In this document: piece after piece, positions 12,291-25,010 of the stretch
Layout: every line of letters starts with the position of its first letter
Position numbering within the stretch: position 1 is the stretch's first letter
Assembly (NCBI GenBank): GCA_030390025.1
Contig: JASTWF010000114.1
Coordinates: 496,001 to 560,000 of the forward strand
Direction: 5' to 3'
Source of the DNA: Squalus acanthias
Taxonomy: Eukaryota
Length of the DNA stretch: 64,000 nucleotides
Program-made: the position numbers and the translations under genes
Notes under the pieces: generated by a model
Seen by the model: only the letters and a program-made list of their open reading frames with translations
Told to the model about the DNA's origin: nothing
The model's database searches: none

Positions 12291-13019
12291 GTCATGTCTA
12301 TTTGCAACACCAGTTTTCCGTTTGGTCCCATTGAAGGACAAGACACACCCAGCAGTTCACCTGGAATTTGGAATTAGACTCTGCCTGCCTAAGTAATCAA
12401 ATACTTTGCAATGTGTAATTCCAGCAATTCATTCTGACAGCCAGGCTCCAGACAGAGCTCACAGAGAACAAACAGGGCTCACCTTCGCGGGTTAGGACCT
12501 TCTTCCACCCCCAAAACAAGTTCCTGCCACCCCAATAAGTTCCTAAACTTCCTCCACCCCCAGAGCTCTGATCTTTTCCCCCCTCAACATGTTTCTGACC
12601 TTCTCCCCCCAGGTTTCTGACCTTCGCCCCCCTCCCCTGGCTTCCTGACCTTCTCACCCCTCACGCCCCGGGTATCTGCTCTTCTCCTGCAACCAGTTCC
12701 TCAACGTCCCCACTCATAGATGGGGCATTATGTGTGGGTCACGGGATGTTAGCACGTTCAGTGGGTATGAAGTGAATAGTGACAGTGTCATGACTTCCGG
12801 ATTTCGTCCAGTCCAATGATGTCATTTGCTGCACACGTGCCAGGCTTTCCGTAAAAACAACCAGATCTCGGGGAGTAGAGGGAGAACGTCGTGCGGGTGT
12901 AAAGGTGGTGGGATTGGAAGAACGTGATTCGTCTTACAATTTGTATCACGTTCTCGCTCTCACCTTCTTTAGTCCTGGATCACGTTCTGTTTCCATCCCC
13001 ACTGTGCTCTTCGTGCTCC

Positions 13020-14140
13020 TTAAGTGCCCCCCCCCCGAGTTCCTGATCTTCTCCCCCCTGCCCAGTTCCTGACCTCTTCCCCCTCCGAGCTATTCCCCTC
13101 TCCTCTGCGATCCTCTCTCTTTCATTTCGATCCTTTCTCTCCCCCTACGATCTTCTCTCTGTCCCTCCCTTCCGACTCCTCTCTCTCCCCCTCCGATATC
13201 CTCTCCCTCCGAACTCCTCTCTCTAAAATCTCCTCTCTCTCTGCGACGTCCACTGTCTCCGAGCTCCTCTATCTCCAATCTCCTCCCGCTCACTCCAATC
13301 TCCACTCCCTGTATCGCCGATCTCCTTCCTCTCTCTCCGTTCTCCTCTCCAACTCCGATCTCCTCTCTCTCCAATATCTCTCTCTCTCGCCGATATCCGC
13401 TCTCTCTCCAACCTCGTCTCTCGCTCCGATCTCCTCTCTCTCACTCCTGCTCTCTCTCTCTCTCTCTGATCCCCTCTCTGGCTCACCAATGGCCTCTCTC
13501 TCCCTTCCTCTCTTTCACTGAAATCCTATCCCTCCCCCCGATTTCCTCTCACTCTCCAATTTCCTCTCACTCCAACTCCGACCTCCACTCTCCCCCTCCT
13601 CTCACTCCGACCTCCTCTCCACCCCCCTCTTATCTCTTCTCTCTCTCCAAGTCCTCACTCTCACACTCCAATCTCCTTTCCCCCCTCCTCTTTCTGCCAT
13701 CTTCTCTCCGTCCCTCCTCCAATCTCCTCTCTCTCTCCAATCTCCTCTCTCTACCCCTCTGATCTTCTATCTCCCTCTCTGCTCTCTGTCCGATCTCATC
13801 TCCACCTCCCTACGATATTCTCTTTCTCTCTGATTTCCTCTATCTCCCCTCCAATCTCCTCTCTTTTTCCGTACTCATCTCTCCCTCCGATCTTCTCTCT
13901 CTCCGAACTCCTCTCCATCCACCCTGTCTCTCCGCTCTCCTCTATCTCCCCTACGATTACCTTGTTCTCTCCGTTTTCATCTCTCTCCCTCCGATTTCCT
14001 CTCTCTCTCCAATCTCCTGTCTCTCTCTCCGATCTCCTTTCCCCATCTCCTCTCTCACCACCTCCGATTCCCTCTCCCCCCCTACTTCGATCCTCTCTCG
14101 CCCCTTTCTATCCTCGATCTTCCCCTTCCCTCAACTCCAA
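13020..14140 (+). repeat. CT-rich low-complexity tract (ccgatctcctctctct-like units)
   Basis: Strong pyrimidine bias; inverted paralog at 45700-46760. Confidence 0.9.
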
Positions 14141-14284
14141 CAATCAACGGATCCCTTTACCTTCTCCGCACTGAACCAAGAAAAGCGTGGCCCACGTGCA
14201 GGCGCCAGTTAACAGTGGGCATGTGAGGAAGGGGAACGGCTGTGCATGCGTGGCTCTGTTCTACAGCGCACAGGGCAGAAAGCC

Positions 14285-14935
14285 ACAAAGGTGTTCATGC
14301 AAATAATCACAGCGATTACAAAAAGCATTCTAGTATAAGAGTAAAGAAGTTTTACTGCAATCATATAGTAGCCTGGTGAAACCACAACTGAGTATTATGT
14401 ACAGTTTTGCTCTCCTTACCAAGGAAGAATTATTTCCTTTGAGGGAGTGCAACGAATGTTCACCAGAATGTTTCCTGGAATGGGGGATTGTTCCATGAGG
14501 AGAGACTGAGGAGACTAGGCCTGCAAGGTGATCTCATTGAAATATAGACAATTCTTAGAGGGCTTGACAGCGTAGAAGCTCAGAGGAAGATTCATCTAGC
14601 TCGGGAGTCTAGGACAAGGGGACACATTCTCAGAATACGGGTCGGCCATTTAGGTCTGCGATGAGGAGAAACATCTTCACTCAAAGGGTTGTGAATCGTT
14701 GCAATTCCATACCCCAGTGATTCTTTATATCCCCTCAGTCAGACCTCAGTCGTTGAGTATATTCACGTCAGCACTCGATTGATTTTGGGATTTTCAGGGA
14801 ATCAAGAGATATGGGGTTAATGTGGGAAGGTGGAATTGAGGTAGAATTCCAGCTATGATTTTATTGAATGGTGGAGCAGGCTCGAAGGGCCGAATGGCCT
14901 ACTCATGCTCCTATTTCTTCTGTTCTTATGTTCTT
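14285..14935 (+). mobile_element. CR1 LINE 3' fragment with ttcttatg tail
   Basis: LV.P.L.Y..QF.SP-type C-terminus and tail ggagcaggctcgaagggccgaatggcctactc...ttcttatgttctt; inverted paralog at ~44895-45540. Confidence 0.8.
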
Positions 14936-15799
14936 AACTGAGACTCTTTATCCACCTCAACACCAAGACTGTTCACACAGCTCAACTCTGGGATCATAGC
15001 AAAATAATTTAAAATTTACCTTTGAATGAAATTTTAAAGAAAAATAAAATGAATTTGTTTTGCCTATCCTCGAATGAAAATATCTTAGTTAACACAAATC
15101 CTTGGAGTAAAAGCGGTGCATTAAATCTGTTTGTTTGGTGGAATGTAACTAATATCCCTGATCACTCTCCCCAGATGACTGTCTCCGTGGAGGTTGCTAT
15201 ATGGTATATGTAAGGGCTCCTCTAAGTCAGCCTTTATATTTCCACAGTCAGAACTCTGTGCCTGGCCGAACAGATATTGATTCTTCAAGTAAGAAATGGG
15301 ATAACCAGTAATTTTCCAGATATAACGCATTTACTACCCGGTTCTTGCAGCCCTCGGTGTTCCTGGTAAGAGAATAAAATGAGACAGTAAAAGCTGGTTA
15401 TTCATGTGTGACTGTTCAGGCTATCCGCTCCCTGTTTGTTGTTATCAGTTAATTAATTGATTGTCTTGTTTTCTCAACCTGATCTCTTAATTAAAATGAT
15501 AACGTTTCTTCAATTTTCTCCACAGACAAGTTTTAAAAAATGATCCCCTTTTCTGTTTTCAGCAGCCATTCTTCCCTAGATTTAACACTGGCATCCGATC
15601 AGACATTAATTAATAACTCTTTTAAGGTCCTGATGTTGCTAAATGTGTTTCACGTGTAACGTGGGGATTTTAAGAATTATTGCTTTCTAGCATTATTTCA
15701 TGTATACATTGGTTGTGGCTGCTTGAAATGGAAGCACAAATCCAGCGATTTCTGTGAACAGCGTGCGATCCACCCCGCCACATTTACTTTGCCACCGAA

Positions 15800-16220
15800 C
15801 TTTGTAATGTCAGCAAACCTGTATAAATTACAGTCGGTCCCCTAATCTCGGTTATTAATATAGATTGTAAATAACTGAGGGCCAAGCACTGATCCTTGCG
15901 GTACCTCACTTGTTACAGCCAGCCAACCCGAAAACGACCCGTTTATTCCTACTCGCTGTTTTTTGTCCGTTAACCAATCCTCAATCCACGCGACAATATT
16001 ATCCCTAATCACACGAGCCCCAAAGTTGTGCGGCACCTGGTCGAATGTTTTTTTGAAAATTCAAATATATCACATTTGCTGTTTCGCCCTTTCCTACACT
16101 GCTAGTTACACCCTCAAAAACCCTAACAGATTTTTCAAACACGATTTCCCTTTCATAATTCCGCCTTGACTCTGCCAAATCATACTATGATTTACTAACT
16201 GCCCGGTTATCACTTTCCTA
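15800..16220 (-). mobile_element. CR1 RT fragment in the GPCR intron
   Basis: [34 protein letters not shown]; paralog at ~43550-43975. Confidence 0.85.
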
Positions 16221-16574
16221 ATAATATATTCTATCATTTTATTTCTTTCCAACTATCACTTTTACGGAAAAGTTCGATATGATTGAACTAAATGAATAAC
16301 TTATTGATGTAAATCTTCAGGTATCATTGCAACCAATGGTCTCTTGCAGATACGCGGTTCATGGAAAGCAAAAGGGGGTTGATTTTGACTTTGTGCAATG
16401 GAACAGAAGGAGCGATGTCGGATCGGCAGCCCATTAAACGTAGCACCTGATATTCAGTTCCAGTGCAGTCAATGGATCTGAGTATCAGGCGCTGCAAATA
16501 ACAGACGGCCGATCCGACACCGTGCATTGTGCTCAACTGCCCGAGCCGAGTTTCTACCCAAAATGTGACGCAAC

Positions 16575-16925
16575 GGGGTGAGAGAGCGCACTCCATGCTG
16601 TGCAGACCACAACCCAACAATGTGAGAGAGCGCACACCATGCTGTACAGAACATAAACTAACAATGTGAGAGAGCGCAGTGCATGCTGTACAGAACATAA
16701 CCTAACAATGTGAGAGAGCGCACTCCATGCTGTACAGACCATAATGCAGCAATGTGAGAGAGCGCACTCCATGCTGTACAGAGCATAACCCAACAATATG
16801 AGAGAGTGATCTCCTTGCTGTACAGAGCATAACCCAACTATGTGAGAAAGCGCACTCCATGCTGTACAGAGCATAACCCAACAATATGAGAGAGTGAACT
16901 CCATGCTGTACAGACCGTAAAACAA
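16575..16925 (+). repeat. 44-bp minisatellite, ~8 copies, in the GPCR intron
   Basis: Unit aacaatgtgagagagcgcactccatgctgtacagagcataaccc. Confidence 0.9.
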
Positions 16926-18176
16926 CAGTGCTGAGCTGATTCGCAGGTGTTTTGATTAGGAGGCACTGGTCCATGATAAATGTTGCCCAATGTTTTCATT
17001 CACCCGCATTCTCCTGAAATATCGCAATAATATTTTACATCACCACCATTGTCTGTATCTCTTTTCAACCACGATTTCATTCGTCCCTTACCTTCAGTTC
17101 CAACATTTGCCACAGATTTTCCTGCCCGCCAATAAATAGTTTTATAATTTAAAAATTATACTTAATTCGGAACTAGAAAACTGATATTTCAATACTTTCC
17201 TAATGGAGTTCGGAAGCTTATTTTTCAAAAGAAAATGTGTTGGGACATTCTGGAGGTAAATTTGTTGTGTCCTGTTTCTTACAGTGAACTTGGTGGCGAT
17301 TGTGATCCTGTCCCGAGGAAAGTGCGGTCTCTTCAAGTGCATCACTCGCTACCTGGTGGCCATGGCAGCGGCGGATCTAATGGTGGTTATCATCGATGTG
17401 ATATCACAACGGATTAATAGCATGTATTTGCCAATTAGTTTCCTCTCTCTGACTCCGGTCTGCACTGTGAAGTTTGTCGCCTACATTGTCGTTGTAGACT
17501 GTTCCGTTTGGTTTACTGCCGCCTTCACATTTGATCGCTTTGTAGCAATTTGCTGTCAGAAGCTGCAATCAAAATATTGCACCGAGAAAACAGCGACAGT
17601 GGTTTGTGGTGAGCTGTGTGAGGAGTGTTCCCTTTTACTATTTACACGAACCTCTCTTTATCATTGACAACGTGCCCTGCTATTTTTTTCGACCTCTGAT
17701 TATTTCACTTCCCCCTGGTGGAAGGCATACGAGTGGATCGACAGCCTCATCACCCCTTTATTACCAATCCTTTTAATTCTGTTGTTCAATGCTCTGACCG
17801 TCAGACATATTATAGCGGCAAATCGAGTCCGCAGGGGACTCCGGAACAACAGTGAGAATCAGAATGATGCCGAGATGAAGAATCGGAGAAAATCCATGAT
17901 CTTGCTTTTCGCTATTTCTGCCAATTTCATACTGTTGTGGATGACGTATGATGTGCATTCGGTAAACTGGCCAGTGGAAAACTTTTTTTACACAGACAAA
18001 TATCTCAGTAATCCGACATATATCACACAGCAAGTTGGGTTTATGCTGCTACTGCTCAGTTCCTGCACAAACGCTTGTATCTATGGACTGATGCGGAGAT
18101 GCCGGTGTTGGACTGGGGTGGACAAAATTGAGAGGTCGCACAACACCAGGTTATAGTCCAACAGTTTTATTTGAAA

Positions 18177-18219
18177 TCACAAGCTTTCGGAGCTATCGAT
18201 TTGCTCCTTCCTCAGGTGA
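18177..18219 (-). ncRNA. Minimal type I hammerhead ribozyme motif (Penelope pseudo-LTR copy 1)
   Basis: Reverse complement reads TCAC-CTGAGGA-A-GGAGC-aaatcgata-GCTCC-GAAA-GCTT-GTGA. Confidence 0.8.
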
Positions 18220-18550
18220 AGTAAATTAGATACAGGATCTCCAAAGCATATATAGATGGAAAACAAAGAATGTGTACTTTACAATTGCAGACCAATAAAT
18301 TAATCATCCTGACTATCTGCCGAGGTGTGATAAAGTTAATTAAGTCAGCCAGGAAGGTACCACATCAAAGACATAGCAAGATACAACTGAGACAATGAGG
18401 TGTAGTCGCAGGGGTTCTAACGTGTCAAAAGCTGCCGTCTGTATGTAAAACGAAAAGCTTTAACATTTTTTTACTTTTTTACTGGGAAAATTTTTACTTT
18501 TTTACTGGGAATCACATCTGTGAACAAGCTAACGACGACTCGAGTCCGGA

Positions 18551-21228
18551 TCACGTCATGTATCGTGACATAAACCCAAGATCCCGATTGAGACCGTCTT
18601 CATGAGTGCGGAACTTGGCTATCAGTTTCTGCTCGATGATTTTGCGTTGTCGTGTGTTTCTAAGGTTGCCTTGGAGAACGCTTACCCGCAGATCCGAGGC
18701 TGAATGTCCTTGACTGCTGAAGTGTTCCCCGACTGGGAGGTAACAATCCTGCCTGGCGATTGTTGCGCGGTGCTCGTTCATACATTGTCTCAGTGTCTGC
18801 ATGGTCTCGCCGATGTACCATGCCGCGGTGCATTCTTTCCTGCAACGTATGAGGTAGACAACGTTGGCCGAGTCACATGAGTATGTACCATGTACCTGGT
18901 GGGTAGTGTCCTCACGTGTGATGGTGGTATCTGTGTTGATGATCTGGCATGTCTTGCGGAGTTTGCCATGGCAGGGTTGTGTGGTGTCGTGGTCGCTGTT
19001 ATCCTGAAAGCTGGGTAATTTGCTGCGAACGATGGTACTTCTGAGGTTAGGCGGCTGTTTGAAGGCAAGTAGTGGAGGCGTGGGGATGGCCTTAGCGAGG
19101 TGTTTGTCGTCATCGATGACATGTTGAAGGCTGCGAAGAACATGGCGTAGTTTCTCCGCTCCGGGGAAGTACTGGACGACGTAGGGTACCCTGTTGGTTG
19201 TGTCCCGTGTTTGCCTTCTGAGGAGGTCTATGCGATTTTTCGCTGTGGCCCGTCGGAACTGTCGATCGATGAGTCGAGCTTCATATCCCGTTCTTACGAG
19301 GGCGTTTTTCAGCGTCCGTAGGTGTCCATCGCGTTCCTCCTCGTCTGAGCAGATCCTGTGTATTCGCAGGGCTTGTCCATAGAGGATGGCTTCTTTAACA
19401 TGGGTAGGGTGGAAGCTGGAGAAGTGGAGCATCGTGAGGTTGTCCGTGGGCTTGCGGTAGAGTGAAGTGCTGAGGTGTCCGTCTTTGATGGAGATTCGTG
19501 TGTCCAGGAATGAGACTGATTCTGAGGAGTAGTCCATGGTGAGTTTGATGGTGGGATGGAACATGTTTATGTTATCGTGTAGTCTTTTCAGTGATCCTTC
19601 GCCATGGGTCCAAAGGAAGAAAATGTCGTCGATGTATCTGGTGTACAGCGTTTGCTGGAGGTCCTGTGCAGCGAAGAAGTCTTGCTCGAACTTGTGCATG
19701 AAGATGTTGGCGTATTGGGGTGCGAATTTGGTCCCCATGGCTGTTCCGTGTGTTTGGGTAAAAAAATGGTTGTCGAAGGTGAAGACATTGTGGTCAAGGA
19801 TGAAGCGGATGAGTTGTAGGATGGCGTCTGGAGATTGGCTGTTGTTGATGTTGAGTACTGAGGCTGTTGCAGCGATGCCGTCATCGTGGGGGATACTGGT
19901 GTAGAGTGCCGATACGTCCATCGTGGCAAGGAGTGTTCCTGGTTCAACTGGTCCGTGGGTGCTGAGTTTCTGTAAGAAGTCTGTAGTGTCGCGACAGAAG
20001 CTGGGGTTCCCTGTACGATGGGTTTCAGAATGCCCTCGACGTATCCAGAGAGGTTCTCACACAGGGTTCCATTGCCTGATACGATAGGACGTCCGGGTGT
20101 GTTGGCTTTGTGTATCTTTGGGAGGCAGTAGAAGTCTCCCACGCGGGGATTACGTGGGATGAGAGCGCGTAGGATGTTTTGAAGGTCTGGATCGAAGGTC
20201 TTGATCAGTCTATTGAGTTGGCGGGTGTGTTCTTTGGTCGGATCTGCGGGTAGCTGTCTGTAGTGTTCCTGGTTGTCCAGTTGTCGGTATGCTTCTTTAC
20301 AATAGTCCGTTCTGTTCTGTATGACGATGGCTCCTCCTTTGTCCGCTGGTTTGATGACAATGTTGCGGTTGGTCTTGAGAGCGTGGATGGCGTTGCGTTG
20401 TGCTCGGGTGACATTCTGGACTGTCTTGTGAGTGCGGCTGATGAATCTGGCGTTGATGCATCTCCTGACAGCTTGAGCATACATGTCAAGCTTGGGGCAG
20501 CGACCCTCCGGAGGGGTCCAGTTTGACTCTTTTTTCTTCGGTTGCTGCACTGCGAGTCCCTCTGTCTGCTGTTCTGGATCATTGATTGTCTCATTGGGTT
20601 TGTTGCTGACATCTTGGGATTTGTGGAAGTATTCCCGGAGCCTCATTCTCCTGATGAATTCCTCCGTGTCTGCCGCGAGGCCGATGGGGTCCATTTTGGT
20701 GGTTGGGCAGAACTTGAGCCCTAGGGCGAGAACTTAGATTTCGTCTGGTTGAAGCGTATGGTCGGACAAGTTGACGATGGACTTCCCTGTGGTTGCAGCC
20801 GTGGTACCGGGGGAGGCTTGGTTGCTGCTGGTGGTGATGCCGAGTTTCTCAAGCTTCCTGTTCTTGATGCGCATGTAGGCAGCGTAGTTCCGTTGCCTCG
20901 TCTGTTTGGTGGTGTCTCGTAACTGGTCTGCTGTGTCCTGAGCACAGGCTGAGAGCATGGACTCTATCTTGGTTTCGAGGTTGTGGCGTTTGCTGTAGAG
21001 CTGGTGTACGAGATGGTTGAGGAGTGTGCGAGAGGTACGACGGCAGAGTCTCTCAGCGTAGTCTGTGTTGTATGTCGACTTGAGTGGGTTCGTGATCTGT
21101 AGTCCTTTCGGGATCTTGTCTGCTTTCTTGCATCTCTGTAGATACTTGATGTCGGTGTCGATATGCGTGATCTTCTTGGCGATTCTCTCCACTTTGAGCC
21201 GGCAGTTTGTGGTGTCGATAGTGGTCAT
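18551..21228 (-). pseudogene. Penelope ORF (~892 aa reconstructed): reverse transcriptase + GIY-YIG endonuclease; one in-frame stop (20734-20736) and one 1-nt frameshift (~20003)
   Basis: IKPADKGG, FYCLPKIHK, GRPIVS, MDVSALYTSI, GTAMG, RYIDDIF, FLD, YRKPT, NVVYLIRC...WYIGET. Confidence 0.92.
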
Positions 21229-21315
21229 GATGCGGAGATGCCGGTGTTGGACTGGGGTGGACAAAATTGAGAGGTCGCACAACACCAGGTTATAGTCCAA
21301 CAGTTTTATTTGAAA

Positions 21316-21358
21316 TCACAAGCTTTCGGAGCTATCGATTTGCTCCTTCCTCAGGTGA
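21316..21358 (-). ncRNA. Minimal type I hammerhead ribozyme motif (copy 2, just upstream of the Penelope ORF)
   Basis: Identical to copy 1. Confidence 0.8.
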
Positions 21359-23366
21359 AGTAAATTAGATACAGAATCTCCAAAGCATATATAGATGGAA
21401 AACAAAGCATGTGTACTTTACAATTGCAGACCAATAAATTAAATCATCCTGACTATCTGCCGAGGTGTGATAAAGTTAATTAAGTCAGCCAGGAAGGTAC
21501 CACATCAAAGACATAGCAAGATACAACTGAGACAATGAGGTGTAGTCGCAGGGGTTCTAACGTGTCAAAAGCTGCCGTCTGTATGTAAAACGAAAAGCTT
21601 TAACATTTTTTTACTTTTTTACTGGGAAAATTTTTACTTTTTTACTGGGAATCACATCTGTGAACAAGCTAACGACGACTCGAGTCCGGATCACGTCATG
21701 TATCGTGACATAAACCCAAGATCCCGATTGAGACCGTCTTCATGAGTGCGGAACTTGGCTATCAGTTTCTGCTCGATGATTTTGCGTTGTCGTGTGTTTC
21801 TAAGGTTGCCTTGGAGAACGCTTACCCGCAGATCCGAGGCTGAATGTCCTTGACTGCTGAAGTGTTCCCCGACTGGGAGGTAACAATCCTGCCTGGCGAT
21901 TGTTGCGCGGTGCTCGTTCATACGTTGTCTCAGTGTCTGCATGGTCTCGCCGATGTACCATGCTGCGGTGCATTCTTTCCTGCAACGTATGAGGTAGACA
22001 ACGTTGGCCGAGTCACATGAGTATGTACCATGTACCTGGTGGGTAGTGTCCTCACGTGTGATGGTGGTATCTGTGTTGATGATCTGGCATGTCTTGCAGA
22101 GTTTGCCATGGCAGGGTTGTGTGGTGTCGTGGTCGCTGTTATCCTGAAAGCTGGGTAATTTGCTGCGAACGATGGTACTTCTGAGGTTAGGCGGCTGTTT
22201 GAAGGCAAGTAGTGGAGGCGTGGGGATGGCCTTAGCGAGGTGTTTGTCGTCATCGATGACATGTTGAAGGCTGCGAAGAACATGGCGTAGTTTCTCCGCT
22301 CCGGGGAAGTACTGGACGACGTAGGGTACCCTGTTGGTTGTGTCCCGTGTTTGCCTTCTGAGGAGGTCTATGCGATTTTTCGCTGTGGCCCGTCGGAACT
22401 GTCGATCGATGAGTCGAGCGTCATATCCCGTTCTTACGAGGGCGTTTTTCAGCGTCCGTAGGTGTCCATCGCTTTCCTCCTCGTCTGAGCAGATCCTGTG
22501 TATTCGCCTCCACTACTTGCCTTCAAACAGCCGCCTAACCTCAGAAGTACCATCGTTCGCAGCAAATTACCCAGCTTTCAGGATAACAGCGACCACGACA
22601 CCACACAACCCTGCCATGGCAAACTCTGCAAGACATGCCAGATCATCAACACAGATACCACCATCACACGTGAGGACACTACCCACCAGGTACATGGTAC
22701 ATACTCATGTGACTCGGCCAACGTTGTCTACCTCATACGTTGCAGGAAAGAATGCACCGCGGCATGGTACATCGGCGAGACCATGCAGACACTGAGACAA
22801 CGTATGAACGAGCACCGCGCAACAATCGCCAGGCAGGATTGTTACCTCCCAGTCGGGGAACACTTCAGCAGTCAAGGACATTCAGCCTCGGATCTGCGGG
22901 TAAGCGTTCTCCAAGGCAACCTTAGAAACACACGACAACGCAAAATCATCGAGCAGAAACTGATAGCCAAGTTCCGCACTCATGAAGACGGTCTCAATCG
23001 GGATCTTGGGTTTATGTCACGATACATGACGTGATCCGGACTCGAGTCGTCGTTAGCTTGTTCACAGATGTGATTCCCAGTAAAAAAGTAAAAATTTTCC
23101 CAGTAAAAAAGTAAAAAAATGTTAAAGCTTTTCGTTTTACATACAGACGGCAGCTTTTGACACGTTAGAACCCCTGCGACTACACCTCATTGTCTCAGTT
23201 GTATCTTGCTATGTCTTTGATGTGGTACCTTCCTGGCTGACTTAATTAACTTTATCACACCTCGGCAGATAGTCAGGATGATTTAATTTATTGGTCTGCA
23301 ATTGTAAAGTACACATGCTTTGTTTTCCATCTATATATGCTTTGGAGATTCTGTATCTAATTTACT

Positions 23367-23409
23367 TCACCTGAGGAAGGAGCAAATCGATAGCTCCGAA
23401 AGCTTGTGA
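23367..23409 (+). ncRNA. Minimal type I hammerhead ribozyme motif (copy 3, inverted fragment)
   Basis: CUGAnGA box 23371-23377, stem II GGAGC/GCUCC, GAAA 23398-23401, palindromic AAGCTT stem III region, stem I UCAC/GUGA. Confidence 0.8.
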
Positions 23410-24235
23410 TTTCAAATAAAACTGTTGGACTATAACCTGGTGTTGTGCGACCTCTCAATTCTATGGACTGACACAGAGGAAATTCAGAGAGGAGCTGAAG
23501 AAAGGGGTGAAATATTTGTTTACACTAAATGGGAAATTATAAGAAAGAAAGAACTTGCAGTTCTATCGCGCCTTTCACCAGCTCAGGACGTCACAAAGCG
23601 CTTTACAGCCAATGAGGAACGCGGGATTTCCTTCCTTCTGAGGTCAGAGGTGCCCTCCATATTCCATTGATATTTCCACCGATGTCAGTCCACCTCTCTC
23701 CGGTCCAAAGTCCAGTAAGCCCGAACAGCTCTTAATCTCACAGTGGACGGGATGATGTCTGACAGACACCATGCTGTCGTTGACGGTCAGTTCCCTTCCA
23801 CCTTCCCCTCATGGTACATTCCGAGGGCCCCATTTCGAATTTATTAACTTGTTTCCATTCAAAAGAAAAGAAAGACTTGCATTTCTACCGCGCCTTTCAC
23901 GAACACTTGACGTCTCTACTTCTATGAATCCTCACCCATACTTCAAAACTGAAGGAATTGTGTACATCTATAATTATTTGCTGAGCTCACAGTGATGCCT
24001 CCAAACACTGAAAGAAGCTGAAGATAGCCGACTATCAGTATACTTCTGCGGAGGATGGAGAATCACACATTGTCACTGAACAGCCTCACCGTATCTGCAG
24101 TATACATTCATTTTTAAATTTCATAATAATTTGTATGTTTTTCTACACTGAAAATCTATACTTTCTGTTACCACATTAACTTAGGCATAGCAAAATATTG
24201 CAGATGCTGGAAATCTGAATTAAAAACAGAACATG

Positions 24236-25005
24236 ATGGTAAATCTTACAGGGCTTGGTAAAGGCGGGGAGGATGTTTCCACAAGCAGGGGAATCTAGAA
24301 CTAGTAGCAGAATAAGGTATCGGCCATTTAGGACTGAGATGAGGAGCAATTTCTTCACTCAGAGGGTGGTAAATCTTTGGAATTCTCTACCCCAGAGGGC
24401 TGTGGCGGCTCAGTCGTTGAATATATTCAAGACAGAGATCGATAGATTTCTGAATATTAAGGGAATCAAGTGATATGGGGATAATTCACAAAAGTGGAGA
24501 TGATGTAAAAGACCAGCTATGATTTTATTGAATATTGGAGCAGGCTCGAAGGGCCAAATTGATTACTTCTTCTCCTATCTCTTATGTTCTTAAGTTCTTA
24601 TGTTTAACAAAACAGTGCTGGTTTTCCTTAATTATTCAACACTTGTCCACGTGACTGTTAATTGTTTCCCAGAATTTCGTTTGTAAAAGCTACCCCACGA
24701 CCGTGGTTAAACTGACACGCCTGTCGTTGTTGTGTTTATCCTTACACCATTTTTTGAACAAGTGTGTAACATTTGCAATTCTCCAATCCTCTGGCACCGA
24801 ATCCGTATCTAAGGAGGTTTGGAAGATTATGGCCAGTACCTTCGCAATTTCCACCTTAACTTCCCTCAGCATCCTAGAATGCATTCCATCCGGTCCTGGA
24901 TAGTGCGGGAAAGTGGAGTTGAGATGAGAGATCAGCTATGAACTTATTGAACGGCGGAGCAGGCTCGAGGAGCCAAATGGCCTGCTCCTGCTCCTATTTA
25001 TTATG
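24236..25005. mobile_element. Cluster of CR1 fragments on both strands
   Basis: FFTQRVVNLWNSLP C-terminus with tail (+, 24240-24600); VPEDWRIANVTHLFKK (-, 24690-24900); another 3' tail to ~25005. Confidence 0.8.
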
Positions 25006-25010
25006 TGACA

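Larger units (their letters stand above)
18092..23460 (-). mobile_element. Penelope-like retroelement (RT + GIY-YIG): full unit, tandem partial copy (pseudo-LTR) and inverted 3' fragment
   Basis: 18091-19367 is repeated directly at 21230-22507; 22505-23460 is the reverse complement of 21265-22220; flanked by the duplicated target ctatggactga (18081-18091, 23461-23471). Confidence 0.95.
15296..23542 (+). pseudogene. GPR139-like class A GPCR pseudogene, copy 1: exon 1 15296-15365; exon 2 17285-18091 plus 23472-23542, split by Penelope
   Basis: Exon 1 MG*PVIFQI*RIYYPVLAALGVP|gtaag; acceptor tttcttacag; exon 2 NLVAIVILSRGKCGL, AAADL, FTFDRFVAICCQKL, SSCTNACIYGL; two stops, a ~14-nt deletion near 17603 and a TE insertion. 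Confidence 0.85.

Noticed and set aside
13024-14174. Ser/Leu/Pro-rich and Arg/Glu-rich ORFs (also 46061-46842)
   Set aside because: Low-complexity CT/GA tracts.
23987-24014. CACAGTG heptamer as a possible recombination signal sequence
   Set aside because: The nonamer after a 12-bp spacer (actgaaaga) is a poor match and no V/J segment is adjacent; the heptamer near 29367 also lacks a nonamer.
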